NCBI GenBank assembly: GCA_013239625.1
Contig: MU054220.1
Span: 7,227,367-7,291,366 of the forward strand
Reading direction: 5' to 3'
Origin: Lama guanicoe
Lineage: Eukaryota
Length of the DNA stretch: 64,000 nucleotides
Below, one piece after another: positions 13,822 through 27,299 of the stretch. How positions within the stretch are numbered: the stretch's first letter is position 1; every line of letters starts with the position of its first letter. The position numbers and the translations under genes are program-made. The notes under the pieces were generated by a model. It saw only the letters and a list, made by a program, of their open reading frames with translations, searched no databases and was not told the DNA's origin.

Positions 13822-14357
13822 TGCCACTAAACAAAAGTTCGTGTACCCGACGCACAGTGAGGCCAAGTAAACTGAAACATCGGGAGTTTGGAGCAGAGAA
13901 AAGTTTATTGCAGGGTCAAAGCAAAAAGAACTGGAGGCTCATGCTTCAAAAGTCTGAACTCCCTGATGGTTTCCAGGGAAAAGGTTTTATAGGCAAAATG
14001 CAGGTTGTGTGACTTTCTTCTGATTGGTTGGTGGTGAGGTAACTGGGTGTTCCAGGAATCTTGTGCTCAGCCTGAAGTTACCATCCTCCACTTGGGTAGC
14101 GGCCTTAGTTCCCACAGAAGAGCTCAAAGATATTGTTATGGACCCAGCTTGAATCACTGCACTATTGTTTCTTGACTGCTCCTTCGTTGTCTCTGCCCTC
14201 CCTTCTTCCCCCGATTAGCAACTGTTTGAATCTGCCCTTTGGAACTCAGGGAAGGTCAAGGAGGCTGAATGAAGAGTGTTCTCTGCAAACAAGAAATGAG
14301 GGACATGGGAAGGGTATCTGTACCAAGGAGGACCCCACAGAGTCCTACTCTGTTTCA
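13822..14357 (-). mobile_element. ERV1-class solo LTR, family 'A' (homologous to 55429-56099)
   Basis: TG...CA termini with perfect 4-bp TSD TTAC (13818-13821 / 14358-14361). On the minus strand: CCAAT (14023-14027), TATAAAA (13985-13991), AATAAA (about 13904). Confidence 0.92.
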
Positions 14358-15329
14358 TTACTACCTCCAGTTCCAGGCACAGAAAGTAGAGGCTTAGACA
14401 TGTTCAATGTGACTCCTTGTTGGTGGTAATCTTGGCTTTGAATCCAGGATTCTGTTATTCCAAAGCTGGAATCTTTCTTCCCTAATCAAATTGTTTTCTA
14501 ACTTACTCATAAATTAACCCTGATCTCTAGAAATCTAGAAGCTTTACTGATAATTCTCAATTGTTAGTTCCTGGATCTAGCTCCCCAGAATTTGTGAGTG
14601 GGTCCAAGCCAATCCAACATATCCAAAAGTACTATACATCTTAAAACTGAAGTAAACAGTGGTAATACTTTAAAGCTATGTATTCAAGAATATTAAACTT
14701 ATGCTTAAGCAGTGAATAAAAGGACCCTAAGAGAGAGAGCCTTTGAGCTTTTATTGATTTTTTCTAGAAGAAAAATGTATGAGTTTGGTGATATAATATC
14801 TAATTTGTCTTCTAAGGACATTTTGGCTTCCCTCTAAAGACTTAGCCATCTCTCATATAAGTGAAGTTGACAGACAGATGGCCTTGGTATAAATGAGATT
14901 TTACCAAAATATTTTGCACGTGTGTGGCCAGTGATTCTTCACTGACTGCTTTCCAGTCCAAGGCTAGAACAGCTCAGTGATCAGCATGAGGCAGATTCCA
15001 CTCTTTCCACTGTGTGTGAGGAGACTGAGGTTCAGAGTGACCAAGTGGTCCGCACAAAGCCACACAACTCAATAACAGACGCACTGAGTTTTCCTCCCCT
15101 TGGCTTAAACACTCTGTGGGTGAGCCACTCTTGGGCTAAACAAATTACTTTGCATGGTTTTTTAAAAACTTAGCTCTCTTAGAGATTATAGATAATGTCT
15201 AGGTGGTTTTCGTATATCTAGAGCATCATCAAGACAGATCTAGCAGAGAATTGAATATTTATCACCTTTGCTTTGTTGACACCTCGGAGTAATAGCTAGA
15301 CTTATCATGAAAATTTCAGGAAATTTCCA

Positions 15330-15690
15330 GTGTTTCTCCCCCCTGTCAGACTTGCTCCCTAGTTGAGGTTTTGCACTTGCTGTGGCTGCCTGCAGTGTTC
15401 TAAACAGAGAGCTTCATGGCGCAGCACAGACTGCCCCAGAGCTGAGCTCAGAAGTCACCTAATTAGAGAGATCCTGCTTGACCACTAATGTAAAAGTCCC
15501 ACCCTCTCTTCATGCTCCATCCCCTTCTCCCTTGCTTCCTTTTGTCGGAAGTGTTTGTCATCTTAGATGCAATAGAGTTTACTCATTTTTTTCAAGGTAA
15601 ACTTTAAGAGGCAAGGGGTTTTGTTTGTTGTATGCCCAGGGGCAGTTCCTAGAAGAACACATGTAGTAGGCATCCAGTGAATATTGTGGA
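15330..15690 (+). mobile_element. L2 LINE 3' fragment
   Basis: Diverged L2 3' motifs (TTTGCACTTGCTGT..GCCTGCAGTGTTCT; GTAAACTTTAAGAGGCAAGGG..GTAGGCATCCAGTGAATATTG). Confidence 0.6.
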
Positions 15691-16224
15691 AGAGTTAAGG
15701 AAAAGTGCATCCACGTGCACACGTGCACATGCACACATATAGTTTAAGAAATCATATGGCATGTTTCGTGCTTAGAAAGATGGAAAGTAGTATAGGAAAA
15801 TCTAAAAATTATATTTCAAAATAGCAAGAACATAAGGACACATAGAACTATGAGGTCATTTCTTCATTCTTCTGGACAAGAGGAGTTGTTGATTCTTGCT
15901 CACAGGGCATCTCCAGAGAAATATGGAAGTGAGTGGCAAATGGCTCAAAACTTCCTGCCCATCCTTTCCGTCCTGTTCACTCCCAGTGCATGGCCTCACA
16001 TGTGCTTCATTCAGACTTTCTGGGCTCTTGTGCTCTTTTCCCTAACATCCATCAAAAGCTATTTTCAAATACTCATTTTGACTAAAGTGTAAACAACTAT
16101 CCTCATTGTGTTTCACTGACAGATGACAGATCTTTTGAGTAGAAGTTAGAATGAAAAGATGAATTTTTTTCTTGACAGTGTGAGGCTTTGGCCGTTTGGG
16201 GACTAGCAACATAGGCGCTTGTAC

Positions 16225-16863
16225 TGATACAGGAAAAAATGGGGGGTGCAAGAGGATGGCCATGTCTCAAGTCCCAGTCAAGTCCCTGGGCTATGAGGGT
16301 CCTTGGCTTCATATAGGAAAGAACTCAACAGCAAGCCATAGTTGAGTAAAGTAGATTTATTCAGAGAGGTGTACACTCCATATACCAAATGTAGGCCGTC
16401 TCAGAAGGCCAGAGAGGCCATGAGGTTGGGGGCTGTGGTTGAAGTAACAGTAGATACACACTCCATAGACAGAGTGCAGGCCATCTCGGAAGGTGAGGGA
16501 GGGAGAGGCCATAGGGTGCAGTGTTGCTGGTTTTTATGAGCTCAGTTATTTCACATGCTAACAAGTGGGAGGATTATTCCAACTACTTTGGGGAAAGGAT
16601 GGAGAGTCCCAAGAACTGAGCCACCGCCCACTTTCTGACCTTTTATGGTCAGCCTCGGAACTGTCACGGCACCTGTGAGAGTGCCGTATAGCAGCTGATA
16701 CATTACAGTGAGCCTGTAATGAAGCCCCAGTTCTCCTGGATGTCACGTCTCCCACCATCTTGAGCCTCAAGGTCCATTGGGAGCTGATTTTTCTGCCATC
16801 TGGGTGCTAACTGCTGTGTCATTCTTTTAATGGCTGTGCCCTGCCCCCTTCCTTCCTGTCTCA
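16225..16863 (-). mobile_element. ERV1-class solo LTR, family 'B' (MER41/MER51-group-like; homologous to 54314-54935)
   Basis: TGATACAGGAAAA...CCCTGCCCCCTTCCTTCCTGTCTCA termini. Minus-strand AATAAA near 16356. Colinear similarity to 54314-54935. TSD degenerate (gtac/gcat). Confidence 0.88.
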
Positions 16864-19800
16864 GCATCTGAGAATACAACCAAGAACGAAGCCACCTGTG
16901 AAACAGAGAAGATCAGAAAAGATGGGGACCTGACATTCGGCTTGCTCACCGGACTGCTGATTTTCTCTGTCTGTCTTAAAAATACGGTCCAGAAAATTTG
17001 AACTCGTCCTACAGTTTGATAATCTGCTTTGAGGATTAACATGTGAGGGAAAGGGCATGACTTACTACTATAAAAAGTTCTAGGGTGGGAGTAAACTCAT
17101 TATCATGTAAGGCATCACTTTCCTTATTTAGGACAAACCATGTCCACCCTGATCCTTTGAAGAGAAGTCAGAACAGGCCAACAGGGGCCATCACTTACGT
17201 TGGTAATCTTATTTAATCATCGTGAGTATATTTGGAGATGGTTACTGTTACTCTTATTGTACAGATAACTGAGCTTTACAGAGATTAAGTAATGCCTTAT
17301 TTTCCGCAGGTAGAAAGCATCATATCTGGGATGCAAAATAAGATTTATCTGATTCAGCACCAGCTCTGTATCCCCACCTGCTTCTTTGTTTGGTATTCAG
17401 CCAAAAACACCAAGTAAGCAAGCAAACAAACAGTGGGTTAGGAATGTCTCCTTGCCAGCCCAGGCAAGGAATTGTGCTCTCATGTACCTCTGTTTTCTGA
17501 TAATACCATCACAAAGCCAAATGTATTGCAGAGACTTAAAAGTGTTGACAACTCTTTTTGAGCTTCCTAGTCCAGAAGTAGCCTTGGATATTTGAACATA
17601 AACACGTAGCTTGAGAAATTAGGTGAATGGTAACTTGGAATTTTGGCACGGAATGCTTCTGCAACCAAAACGAAGGTATTTAGGATTTGTATATAAACAC
17701 CAAGTAGCATTTTACGTACCTGAGGATTAAGTGAAATTTCTTCCGATTCAAAATTCTTTTCTCTCCAGGGTCAGGGACAACTCTAAACTTTTATCCAGCC
17801 ATCATTAAAGTGTTTGGGCAAACACTTCATTTAGTAGCAGAGAGAGACACTTAAGGTCTAGGAAGATGAGTCTGAAGTCTCTGTTTCTCAAAAAGAAAGT
17901 ACTGATGTTCTGTGCAGTGATACATCTATATAAAAGTGCTCCACTAAAACATTGTTTGTGTGAATAAACATAAAATATGCCATATCTTTTAATATATGGA
18001 TGACAGAAAGTTTTGATTGCTTTACTTTCATTAGTCATATGTTATCTGCTGCAATCATTTAGGGGCTTTCCATTTCATATATTAAGATCATACGGACAAG
18101 TACAATGAATCCTGGGCACACATTTATGAACTGGGCTGTTTTATCTTTGCCAGCCTGTGGATTTTAAACCATTCCCACTCCACACGGAAACCCTGAGTGA
18201 GAGCAAAATGTAGTAAAAATGTTCAGAAAGAGCATTTTTACTTTTTGCCTCCTCCTGGAAACCTAAATCAATCCTTGACCTTGTCACACCCCAATCAGGA
18301 TAAAATGGAGTCAGTCTGTATCTATAGGTTTAATATCTATAGATCCATTATCAATACTGGAGCTATCTGTTCCCTGGGACACTGTGTGCGTGTGTGTGTG
18401 CGGTGTGTGTGCGCACGTGTGTGTACAATTGCTTCATCACTAGATTTGAATAATGTTTTGTGGTTTACACAATGCTTTAACCTATAACATTGCACTTGAG
18501 TCTTCTGCTTTCACAAAATAGAGAGAGATAAGGATATATATAGGTATATAGAGATAATAGGTTGAATTTAAGTATAAATGATCCCTTGAAGCTCAGAGAA
18601 GCTGAGTTCAGGTTGCTGGTTAGAAGCTGGTTGGAACCAGATGCCAAACAAGCCTCGTAACCCTGAACACCGAAGGGGGCTTCCAAAATGCATCTACAAA
18701 CAGGGGCCCCGACGAGCAGGTGGTCTCTGCTGACTCACAGCACACAATGCTGCAGTGAGAACATCGGGAAATGACTTATTTGTCGAAGCATCCTGAGAAC
18801 TGAAATCTGTGTAAGGTGTGACATAAGTTCTTTTAAAGTCAAGTAACTTATTGGAGCTCAGGAATTTCTTTAAACTACAATCAAAGAAAAGGAGACCAGT
18901 TGGTGTAAAGTGAGGAGCTGAAAGTGCAGATTGTTTGTTTCTTACGTCAGGTATTCAGGCCCCTCAGCCTCTGAATTAAACTGTTCTATAAATACACGTT
19001 TCCTTGCAGTTCGGTTCCTTCAACTTTCTTTTCTGCGTGCCTTGCGGGGCGGGGGGCTGATGGCAGCCCAGGAGGCGAGGGACTGAGGCGGTTTGAAAAT
19101 GTCTCTGGTGCTAAGTTTGAGGGAGAAGGTGGCTGCTTTTGGGAGGAGGGTTGGTTGCAGAAGTGACTGCTGGGCGCTCTGAGGGGCTTGCTGTCTGTAT
19201 CAGAGAAGAACCGCGGGGTGAATTTTGCTTCACGCATTGTGTAGTTAAATGACATCATGTAATTTTTTAATTGTCCTGGTATTTAGTTACTTCCTCTTTA
19301 TAGGAGCAAGAATAATCACTATTTCATAGTATTATAATGAAAAGAATAATGAATATATCTAAAACCAAAAAGAGATAACCAATAAAGTGTGACCACCAGA
19401 ATGCTCGCATTCTACAGTTTGTAAGAGATCATGCCTGTTGAGTGACCTCTGGTCTTTTCTTGTGTTTATGCTTCGTTCCTGCAAAGATTACTGACTCGCC
19501 AAATGCATCACTACTGCCTGCAGTATCCCAATGAGATTATCTGATTTTGGTCGATTTTAAACTACCCAAACCTGAAAAGACAAACCTATCTCCCGTTTAG
19601 AACTTTAAGTAAAACCTCAGCTCAGGAAATAAAGATATGCAGGGCCGATTCACTTCTGAGGTGAGAAAAAGTCTTTCATCACAAGTTGGTGTTCAGATCA
19701 CAGTGGTTTTTTGTTTGTTTGTTTTGTTTTGTTTTCAGTCCAAATAAGTGGTTAACTATTCTACAGAATAAGCAAAGTTGGATAACTTTAAACTGTTTTC

Positions 19801-20068
19801 CACTAAATTGGGAAGGGATGAATATCTTGTCAGGAAAAAAGGCAATATCATACCGTCTGTGCTGTTTTATTTAATCAGGTCCCTCTGATTTTGAAATTTC
19901 AAAATAAGCCTCACTTTTTTTGTGACTGGATCTGTGAGGAAAAAATAAAAAACTAGAGATTCACTGTACATTTTAGTGAACAAAGCATTCTAGATATGAT
20001 GTATTTAGAGGTATCAGATTACTTTTATCTAGTTTTCTGAATGCAGTTTTCCAGGAAAGTTCATTAAA

Positions 20069-20125
20069 TGTGTGTGTGTGTGTGTGTACACACATATACA
20101 ATATAGTTCGTGTATATAATTGCTT

Positions 20126-20169
<44 letters not shown>
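20069..20169. repeat. Compound (TG)9 / (TG)13 / (TA)n microsatellites
   Basis: Read directly. Confidence 0.9.
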
Positions 20170-20448
20170 CTTTTTATTTCTTAAATATAGAGGAAAGTAT
20201 TTTTTTCCCACTTTGACATCCAATGACTTTTGATCTCACTTTCTTTGACTCTAGAGTGTCATTTAGCAGTCACTTTTGTTTCACTTTTGGATGAAGTGTG
20301 AATTCAGTGCATTTTATAATACAGTATACAGCCATTGGGAAATGAGACTCATTTTAATTACCTCTTTCCATGAGCCTAACACTCCTGGGTATATAAGGAT
20401 GAAAAAAAAAAGCACAATCACTGCTCATGTGGTCCCCATGATCTAAAG

Positions 20449-20661
20449 CAGTGGATGTAAACTGCCACCACTCAGGGGACACTTGACACTATCTAGAGAC
20501 ATATTTGGTTGTCACAGTTGAAGGGGAGATGCTACTGGCATTCAGTGGGTCGAGTCCCAGGATGCTGCTAAACATCCTGCAATTCCCAGGGCAGCCCTGT
20601 AAAGAAAACAGTGATAATTATATAACCCCAAAAGGCAGCAGTGCTGGGTTGAAACACCTTG
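20449..20661. mobile_element. MER20 (hAT-Charlie) inserted in an L2 fragment
   Basis: CAGGGGACACTTGACAC..GAGACATATTTGGTTGTCAC..GATGCTACTGGCAT..GGATGCTGCTAAACATCCTGCA matches MER20. L2-like sequence flanks both sides (about 20345-20445 and 20665-20880). Confidence 0.85.
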
Positions 20662-22070
20662 TCTGTAGGGTAGAGAAGTATATAATACACCATGAGAAGT
20701 GCTATTTAGAGACATGAAGGAAGTGCAGGGGGAACTCAAAGGAAGGAGAACTAGGGGTGGGGAGATGTTGGAAAAAGCTTTGTGGAAGAAGTGACTTTGG
20801 TGCTTGGCACAAAACAATGAAGAATGGCTTCCCTAGGAAAGGCAGAGAGCATTCTGGGTAGAGGTGCAAAGTTGAGAAAATCACAGAAAACTAATCATGC
20901 CTCAGTGCTTTTACCGTACGCGGGTACCACTGAGGCAGACTTTGATTCATGGATATATGCAAATCAGTGAAATGACCTACTGTATGTGGGAGGGTTTCTG
21001 TTTGTTTGTTTGAAATGTTTAAGCTGCATATGCAAAACCTCCTAAGAAAAGACAAAAATCATTTTCCACTAGTGGGAGGAAACTTTCCTGGTATCCTGGC
21101 TTTAATGTCCCCCTAGAGCAGTCACTGTGTTTACAGACTGACTGCTAAGTCTTCCTCTCTTCCAAACCTTTCTAGGACATGAACTTTGGAAAAGGGCTTT
21201 ACACGGCTTAGAACCATTTAGGAGATAACATGATTGCTGTATCTGGAAAACCCAGAATATGAAGGCCTTCAAAGGCTCTCTGATGGAAAAAAAAAAAAAA
21301 AGATCAGAGACTCAGGCAGTGTTTCTGTAGTACTAATGGTACTGTGTGGTGGCCCGGAGTGTGGGAGCCTCCCTTCCAGAACTTACTCTCGTGGGAAGAA
21401 TTTCTCTTTGCTCCCATTTTCTTCTTCAAATGCATGTAATGGTATCTATATCATATGATTGTTTTGAAGATGAAATACCATACCATTTACAGCCTGACCT
21501 GTAGTAGGGATTCAGTATCAGTTCCTTTCTCTTCCCTCCATTGTGGTGTGAAAACATGGGGACCTTAAGTACGATTCTAGCCTTCCTGGTTGACAGAGAA
21601 CACTCCGCAAAGGGTAGCTTTATAGCAGGAAAATGCTGAGTGCTACGGGCAGATAATGAGGTGGTTTAAGAACCTTTCAATTAACAAAATGAAACAAGTG
21701 TGGTACAGACAGTGGGTACGCAGATGTTTTTGAAATGTTGATGCTGACAGCACACATGGTGATTTAAAAAGGGCAATGTTTAAATTAGTTTTACAAAAAG
21801 GAAGGAGTTATAGGATTCGAGGGACAGGAGTGTAAGGTTGAAAGCAAGCAAGATTAGTTTCAACTAAAGAAAAATTCAGAACCTTGAGTGATTAAAAGAT
21901 AACCATAAACTCTACCTGGGGAAATGGTGTCACTTTATCTCCTGCTCAGCAGGTTGTATTATTCCTCTTTGCTGCTGTGTATAAAGATGCTTAGATTCCA
22001 GATAAGTCATGGCAGGAATAGTAAACAAATTATTTTCTGTTTCCTGTGAGCATAATTACTGAAATGAATA

Positions 22071-22074
<4 letters not shown>

Positions 22075-22104
<30 letters not shown>
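22075..22104. repeat. (TA)15 microsatellite
   Basis: Read directly. Confidence 0.9.
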
Positions 22105-22107
<3 letters not shown>

Positions 22108-22212
22108 CACATATATGTTCACATACATGCCTTTTATTTCTAATGTTTATATTTTAGTTTCAAATTTCATGGAATGGTGAATTTTATTATTAAAGAATGA
22201 GCTACTTCTCTT

Positions 22213-22354
22213 GGGGGAGGGTACAGCTCAGTGGTGGAGTGCATGCCTAGTATGCACAAGGTCCTGGGTTCAATTCCCAGGACTTCTGTTTAAAATAAAT
22301 AAATAAATAAACCTAAAAAAAAAATTACCTCCCCCACTTAAGAGAAAAAAAAAA
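22213..22354 (+). mobile_element. tRNA-Ala-derived SINE, Vic-1-like (camelid)
   Basis: GGGGGAGGGTACAGCTCAGTGGTGGAGTGCATGCCTAGTATGCACAAGGTCCTGGGTTCAATTCCCAG, then (AAAT)n, ACCT..ATTACCTCCCCC and polyA. 18-bp TSD aaagaatgagctacttct (22192-22209) / aaagaattagctgcttct (22355-22372). Confidence 0.92.
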
Positions 22355-25300
22355 AAAGAATTAGCTGCTTCTATCATCCAAAAAAGGTAGAAATCAAAAT
22401 ATGATACTGCTACTTATAGCCTGTTATGTAAGCAGTGATTTGAGGGTTCAAACGAGGATCGTTAAAAAATCAGAAGATAGCGTTCAGTTTCTTTTAGTTA
22501 ATATCTTTCCCTCCAGTACAAATATTAGTGGTGAGGGAAACCACATGCTTCTGTTCATATTTCTCCTACTAATGGGAGATGAGATGATTTTCATCACAGT
22601 TAAGTTAGAAGAATGAATCTGTCATACATGTCACCTCACAGAAGCATCTAAATGAAATGCCAATGTTATCATTTTCCACATCCCTTAATCACCATGGAGA
22701 TTAAGTACTAAATCAAAAGTCTGCAGAGTTAACCAAAAACAAAGTAATATTGAGTATTTGATGTCTGGGGAAAAAGTATGGACCAACTCTATTCATTTCT
22801 TTTTTCTTTTTCCTCTAGCAAATTTTTCTTCTTTATTATGATATTAACTACAGTCTATCAGTTACTGTAACTATTTAGGTAGTTGGTGCATTCCCAACTA
22901 GCATTTAAAATGCTTGTGACAGATAGCAACTCTTAATACACTGTGCCAAACACAGTGTCTGCATGTAGTAGATATTAAAAGAATAGTTGTCAAATGGAAA
23001 TTGAATGACCTTAAAAAATCATATGCGTGGTATATATAGGCAGCCTAGCACACAATGAGCATGTGCACGGCTCTCAGTGAACATGGGCTGAATAAATGCA
23101 GGAATCATGAATGCTGACTTTTGCCATTAAGTCGCTGTGGGACATGATCAAATCACTCATTTTTCTCATCAGTAATACAAGGTGTTTCCTAGTTGAAGGA
23201 TGCTTTTCTACCTACTCTTCAGACTCCTGGAATTACTGAAGTACATTCCAGGAAGAATGAAATACTTCTTTAGCCAATGATAGATATGTAAAGTGCCTTA
23301 GTTTATGTTGGACTAAGATATTCTTTAAAAAGAAGAGCTCCACACTAAAACTGTATGGAAAATATTGGTGGAAATTTGCCTTTTTAAATCAGCTTGAATA
23401 CGTAAGAGTTAAAAAACCATCCAGCTGTTACTGTAGTACCATAGAGAATGAACAAGAGGTCCTGCTATTCCAGAAGCCACATTCAAATGAATGTGGCATT
23501 GATTTCATAACAATATTGGAGACTTTTCTTAATTGCAAAGGCATATAACAGGTCCTTCACTACAGATAAAAAGAAATGTATGTTCATTTGTCATCCATAC
23601 CAGAAGCTTCAACGAATAATGATTTTTAACAGCACAGAATAAAATATTTTATTTTTTCTCTTTTCCTTACTCCATATTCTCCTTTTATTTAAGAGTGCAG
23701 AAAGCATTTTATCGGATTGCTTTTTTGATAGACTTTTGGGTAGCATGGGCTTGTTTCCCTCTCCTCAGACAATTTAGATTGGCAGGTTGGAAGGTAAAAC
23801 TTTGCTGTTTGGATGGATCTGTTGGAATGTAAAGATGGCTATTGGTTGGTGTTAATTAAACTCTAAAGTCAAAGATGCTGACTCTAAGACACTTATCTGT
23901 GGCTTAGTAATACTCACAATAATAACAGTAGCAAATAACAGTGGTGATATTAATACTAATTAAAAGCTCTATTTAATTTTATTTGTTGCTTGCTCGCACC
24001 AGGCACTGGGCTAAATCCTTTAAATATGGATTCTAATGTATTCCTCATGACAACCCTGCATGCCAGCTCCCATCATTGCAGAAGAGAAAAATGAGCACTT
24101 TTCCCAAGGTTAATACTTAGTATGTGGTGAAGCAAGATTCGGTCAACTTACAGTCTAATAGGAATGAAAATGAAAGGACACGCACAGATTTCACACAATA
24201 GTAGAATGTGAGTGTGATAACCGAGACACATACACGTTTATGTTTCTAAGATTGTTCATCCGGGTATTGGTTCATTCATTCACTTGTACAGCTATGCTCT
24301 CAAGGTTCACAGTATTACTTTTACCCAGAATTCCAGAGCTGGCAGGTCCTCAGAGCTCCTCCAGTCCTTACACCCATTGCCAGCATCCCTTTCTGTAGCA
24401 TCCTCGGGAGCTGGGCCCAGAACCCTTATGCTGAGTACCTTTACCAATAAACAGGCTCCCTGCAGGCAGGGACTGTCCACTGTTCAGTGCCTATAGGTGG
24501 GACTTGAGCCAAAGCACATTTCCCTCTACCTTCCCTTCTTGGTTTTGCCTAATAGAGCCGGTGGAGCCAATTAAAAGTGCCTGAGCATGTTTTTCAACAA
24601 GCTAACCCTTCTCTGAGGCCACTATTCGGCTTCTTCTCACCACCAAGCCTTCTCATGGGGTTAACATCCCAGTGTTGCTGTGAGGTTAGAACTGCGCACT
24701 CACGCCAAGTGTTTAGGAAAGTGACCAACACGTAATAAGCACTCTACAAATGACAGGTGATAATAATAATAGTGATAGATGCTTATTGGATGAGACAGGG
24801 TTTATGGAATTCTTATTCTCTTGGCTGACCGCATCCTGTATACAATTATTTGGACGTAGATAGTAGCTTTCATTTAGACTTTCCTTAAATGTGTTGCTGC
24901 TGACGGGACGCAGTGTTTCAGGTTCACTGGGGTACGTCATTAAATTGAGCCCAATCAATTAAACTTTGATCTAGTGATTGACTTAACTGATGGGGCATTG
25001 GCAGTGCCCACTTTCGCATACAGAATATCCGGGTCCTGCCTTGTTGTTGTATTCAGTGTCCTTTAAAAATTCTAAACCACGGCCCGACTTTCTGATTGCT
25101 CACGAGAAAATAGTAAGGATAAAAAGAAAAAGGGAAGGGTGGAAACTCATTTATAAAAGTAAACAGAAGCTATTTCCATGATCCCACCCTAGATGAATGA
25201 GGAATGGAAAATAAGTGAATGTAGCGAAAGGCTGACCATTGATCGTGACAGGTCCTCCGTTCAAAGGCTTGAATTCGCCTTTTTCACTAAGCATACCAAC

Positions 25301-25869
25301 TCTTTATTAACATGATAAAAGTGTAGTAAAATAAAAAGGTTTCGCTACGGACTGGACAAGGCCAGACGGCTGATTCGAAGATGGTAAAATGTGCAGCTCC
25401 CTGGAGCCTGGAGTACCTTTTAAGGCTGCTTTTGAGTGACTTGTCCGTCCGGGTGGGGAGTCTTCAGGAGGAAATGCGTCTTTGCCTGGGGTTGGGTCAA
25501 GGGCTGGGTTCCCAGGGCTCCAAGGAACCTTGAGGAGAAATCCCTGAGGCAAAGCCCAGACAGAGGGAGTCTCCAGATCCTCGGAAGGGGGAGGAGAGGA
25601 TTCACCATCACTCCAGACTGGTTTTCAGTTGCAACATCCCTCAGGCAAAGAATATGCCAACAGCCGTTCTCTCCTGATCTGACTCTGGTGGCCGTGGCAG
25701 CCTCCCAGGTTCTGAAGTCTCAAGCTGAGATACGGTGTCAGTCAGCTGGAACACCAGCAGTGCCAGGGGCCACTTAAATACCTTTTCATCTGCTTGTGCA
25801 TTGCTTTTGGAGGGGGAGATGCCCTAGGATGTGGCTCCTCATCTTGCAGGAATAATGGCACTTTCCAGC

Positions 25870-25990
25870 TGTCTGGGATCCTATATCACCGAGTCCAATC
25901 ACCTCATTTTGCAGGTCACGAAACTGAGGCTGAGAGAGAGGGGCCTTACCCAGAGTTACTCAGCTAGTCCGTGACAGACCGCCGTGGAGC
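25870..25990 (-). mobile_element. MIR SINE fragment
   Basis: CTCATTTTGCAG..GAAACTGAGGCTGAGAGAG..CCCAGAGTTACTCAGCTAGT is the reverse MIR core. Confidence 0.7.
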
Positions 25991-27299
25991 TCACGGTCAG
26001 TTGCGTGGCCTCGCTGGGCTTCTCTTCCCAAATCTATAAAATGGAAGTGAGGTGTAGGTCTACACTGTCTAAAATCCCTTCTTATTCTAATATTCTACTG
26101 ATAGGATTTTTAACTTTAAACTCCGAACTACCAGTGTGAGTTCCAGTTTGCAACAAGCAAGAAGCTCTTATAAAAATGATGCATTTGGGGGTGTCTAAAC
26201 GACAGTGTTTAAGCATCCTGATGCAGGCTAAAGTCCTAGTCAGTATTTTGCATTGTGTGCGGATCCTTAACTCAGTATAGGGCGTAGATTTGAATTCCAC
26301 ATTTTGAAAACGTACCCTGGTTGTGAGTATGGTTGATAAGTTACTCTGTTGTGTTCTAACACTACAAACAGCTGCTTAATAGAACTAATAATACATGTTT
26401 CTTTATTAATATTGCCTTATGTTTTACTCACGGCTGAAAAGTTCAGGTCACATGAAAGAGTAAGGATGCTGAAGAGGTCCTGCCGTACAGGATAACAATG
26501 CCTAAGTCTGCTTTTAATTTGTTGAAAACTATTGTTTATGAACAAGGATTGGCTTTTTTTCTCTCTCATTTCTTCAGTGGACACATTTTAGAAAAATTGA
26601 CAGCAAGTCCGTTATGTAATGGCAGCTGTAAAAGCTTTCATCAAGAGTGTGCATGTTTGGTGTCTCTGTATGAAATAAGCTGGCTGGGTTCTAGGGGTGG
26701 CAAGAGTGAAATAAACCTGGGGTTTCAAGTCATTGTCTCTCTGGATTATGGAGGAGGGGGTGCGTGTGTAGGAGGCCCATGAAACTTAATATCCCTTTTC
26801 CGTTTCTTTCCCCTAAATTCATAATGCAAGTCTTTCTAGTCTTTTCAGATTCCCCGTCAGGTACCTTAAATATCCGTCCCCCTCTGTTAAATATGTGAAC
26901 TTAATTTATTTCTGAAGTACAGCTTATAATGCAGAGAATTCTGAGATTAGAAGAATTTGTTAGTTATGAGGGAAGCATCTTTATACCATTATTCATGTCG
27001 TTTTCAGATACTTATTACCTAGATGGCATTTGTTAAGTTATATATAGTAGTGTTTTCAGGGATATTATAAGGATCAAATGAGATAATGTATATGAAAGAA
27101 ATGTGTACAATAAAGCATGATAGAAGTCTTTTTTTTATGCTGCACATTAAAGCAAATGGATAAATATATAGAAAACAGTAAGGGGTAGAGAAGGAGAGCG
27201 TGTGAGAAGCAAATACTTTACTTTTACAATAAAACTCATGGCTTAGAACAAAGAGACTACCAGGATGCAAATGAAATATCGCTGCTGGAGTATCCAGTG

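Noticed and set aside
26830..26866. Possible 12-nt micro-exon (ttttcag ATTCCCCGTCAG gtacct)
   Set aside because: Weak donor site and no supporting context; such matches are expected by chance.
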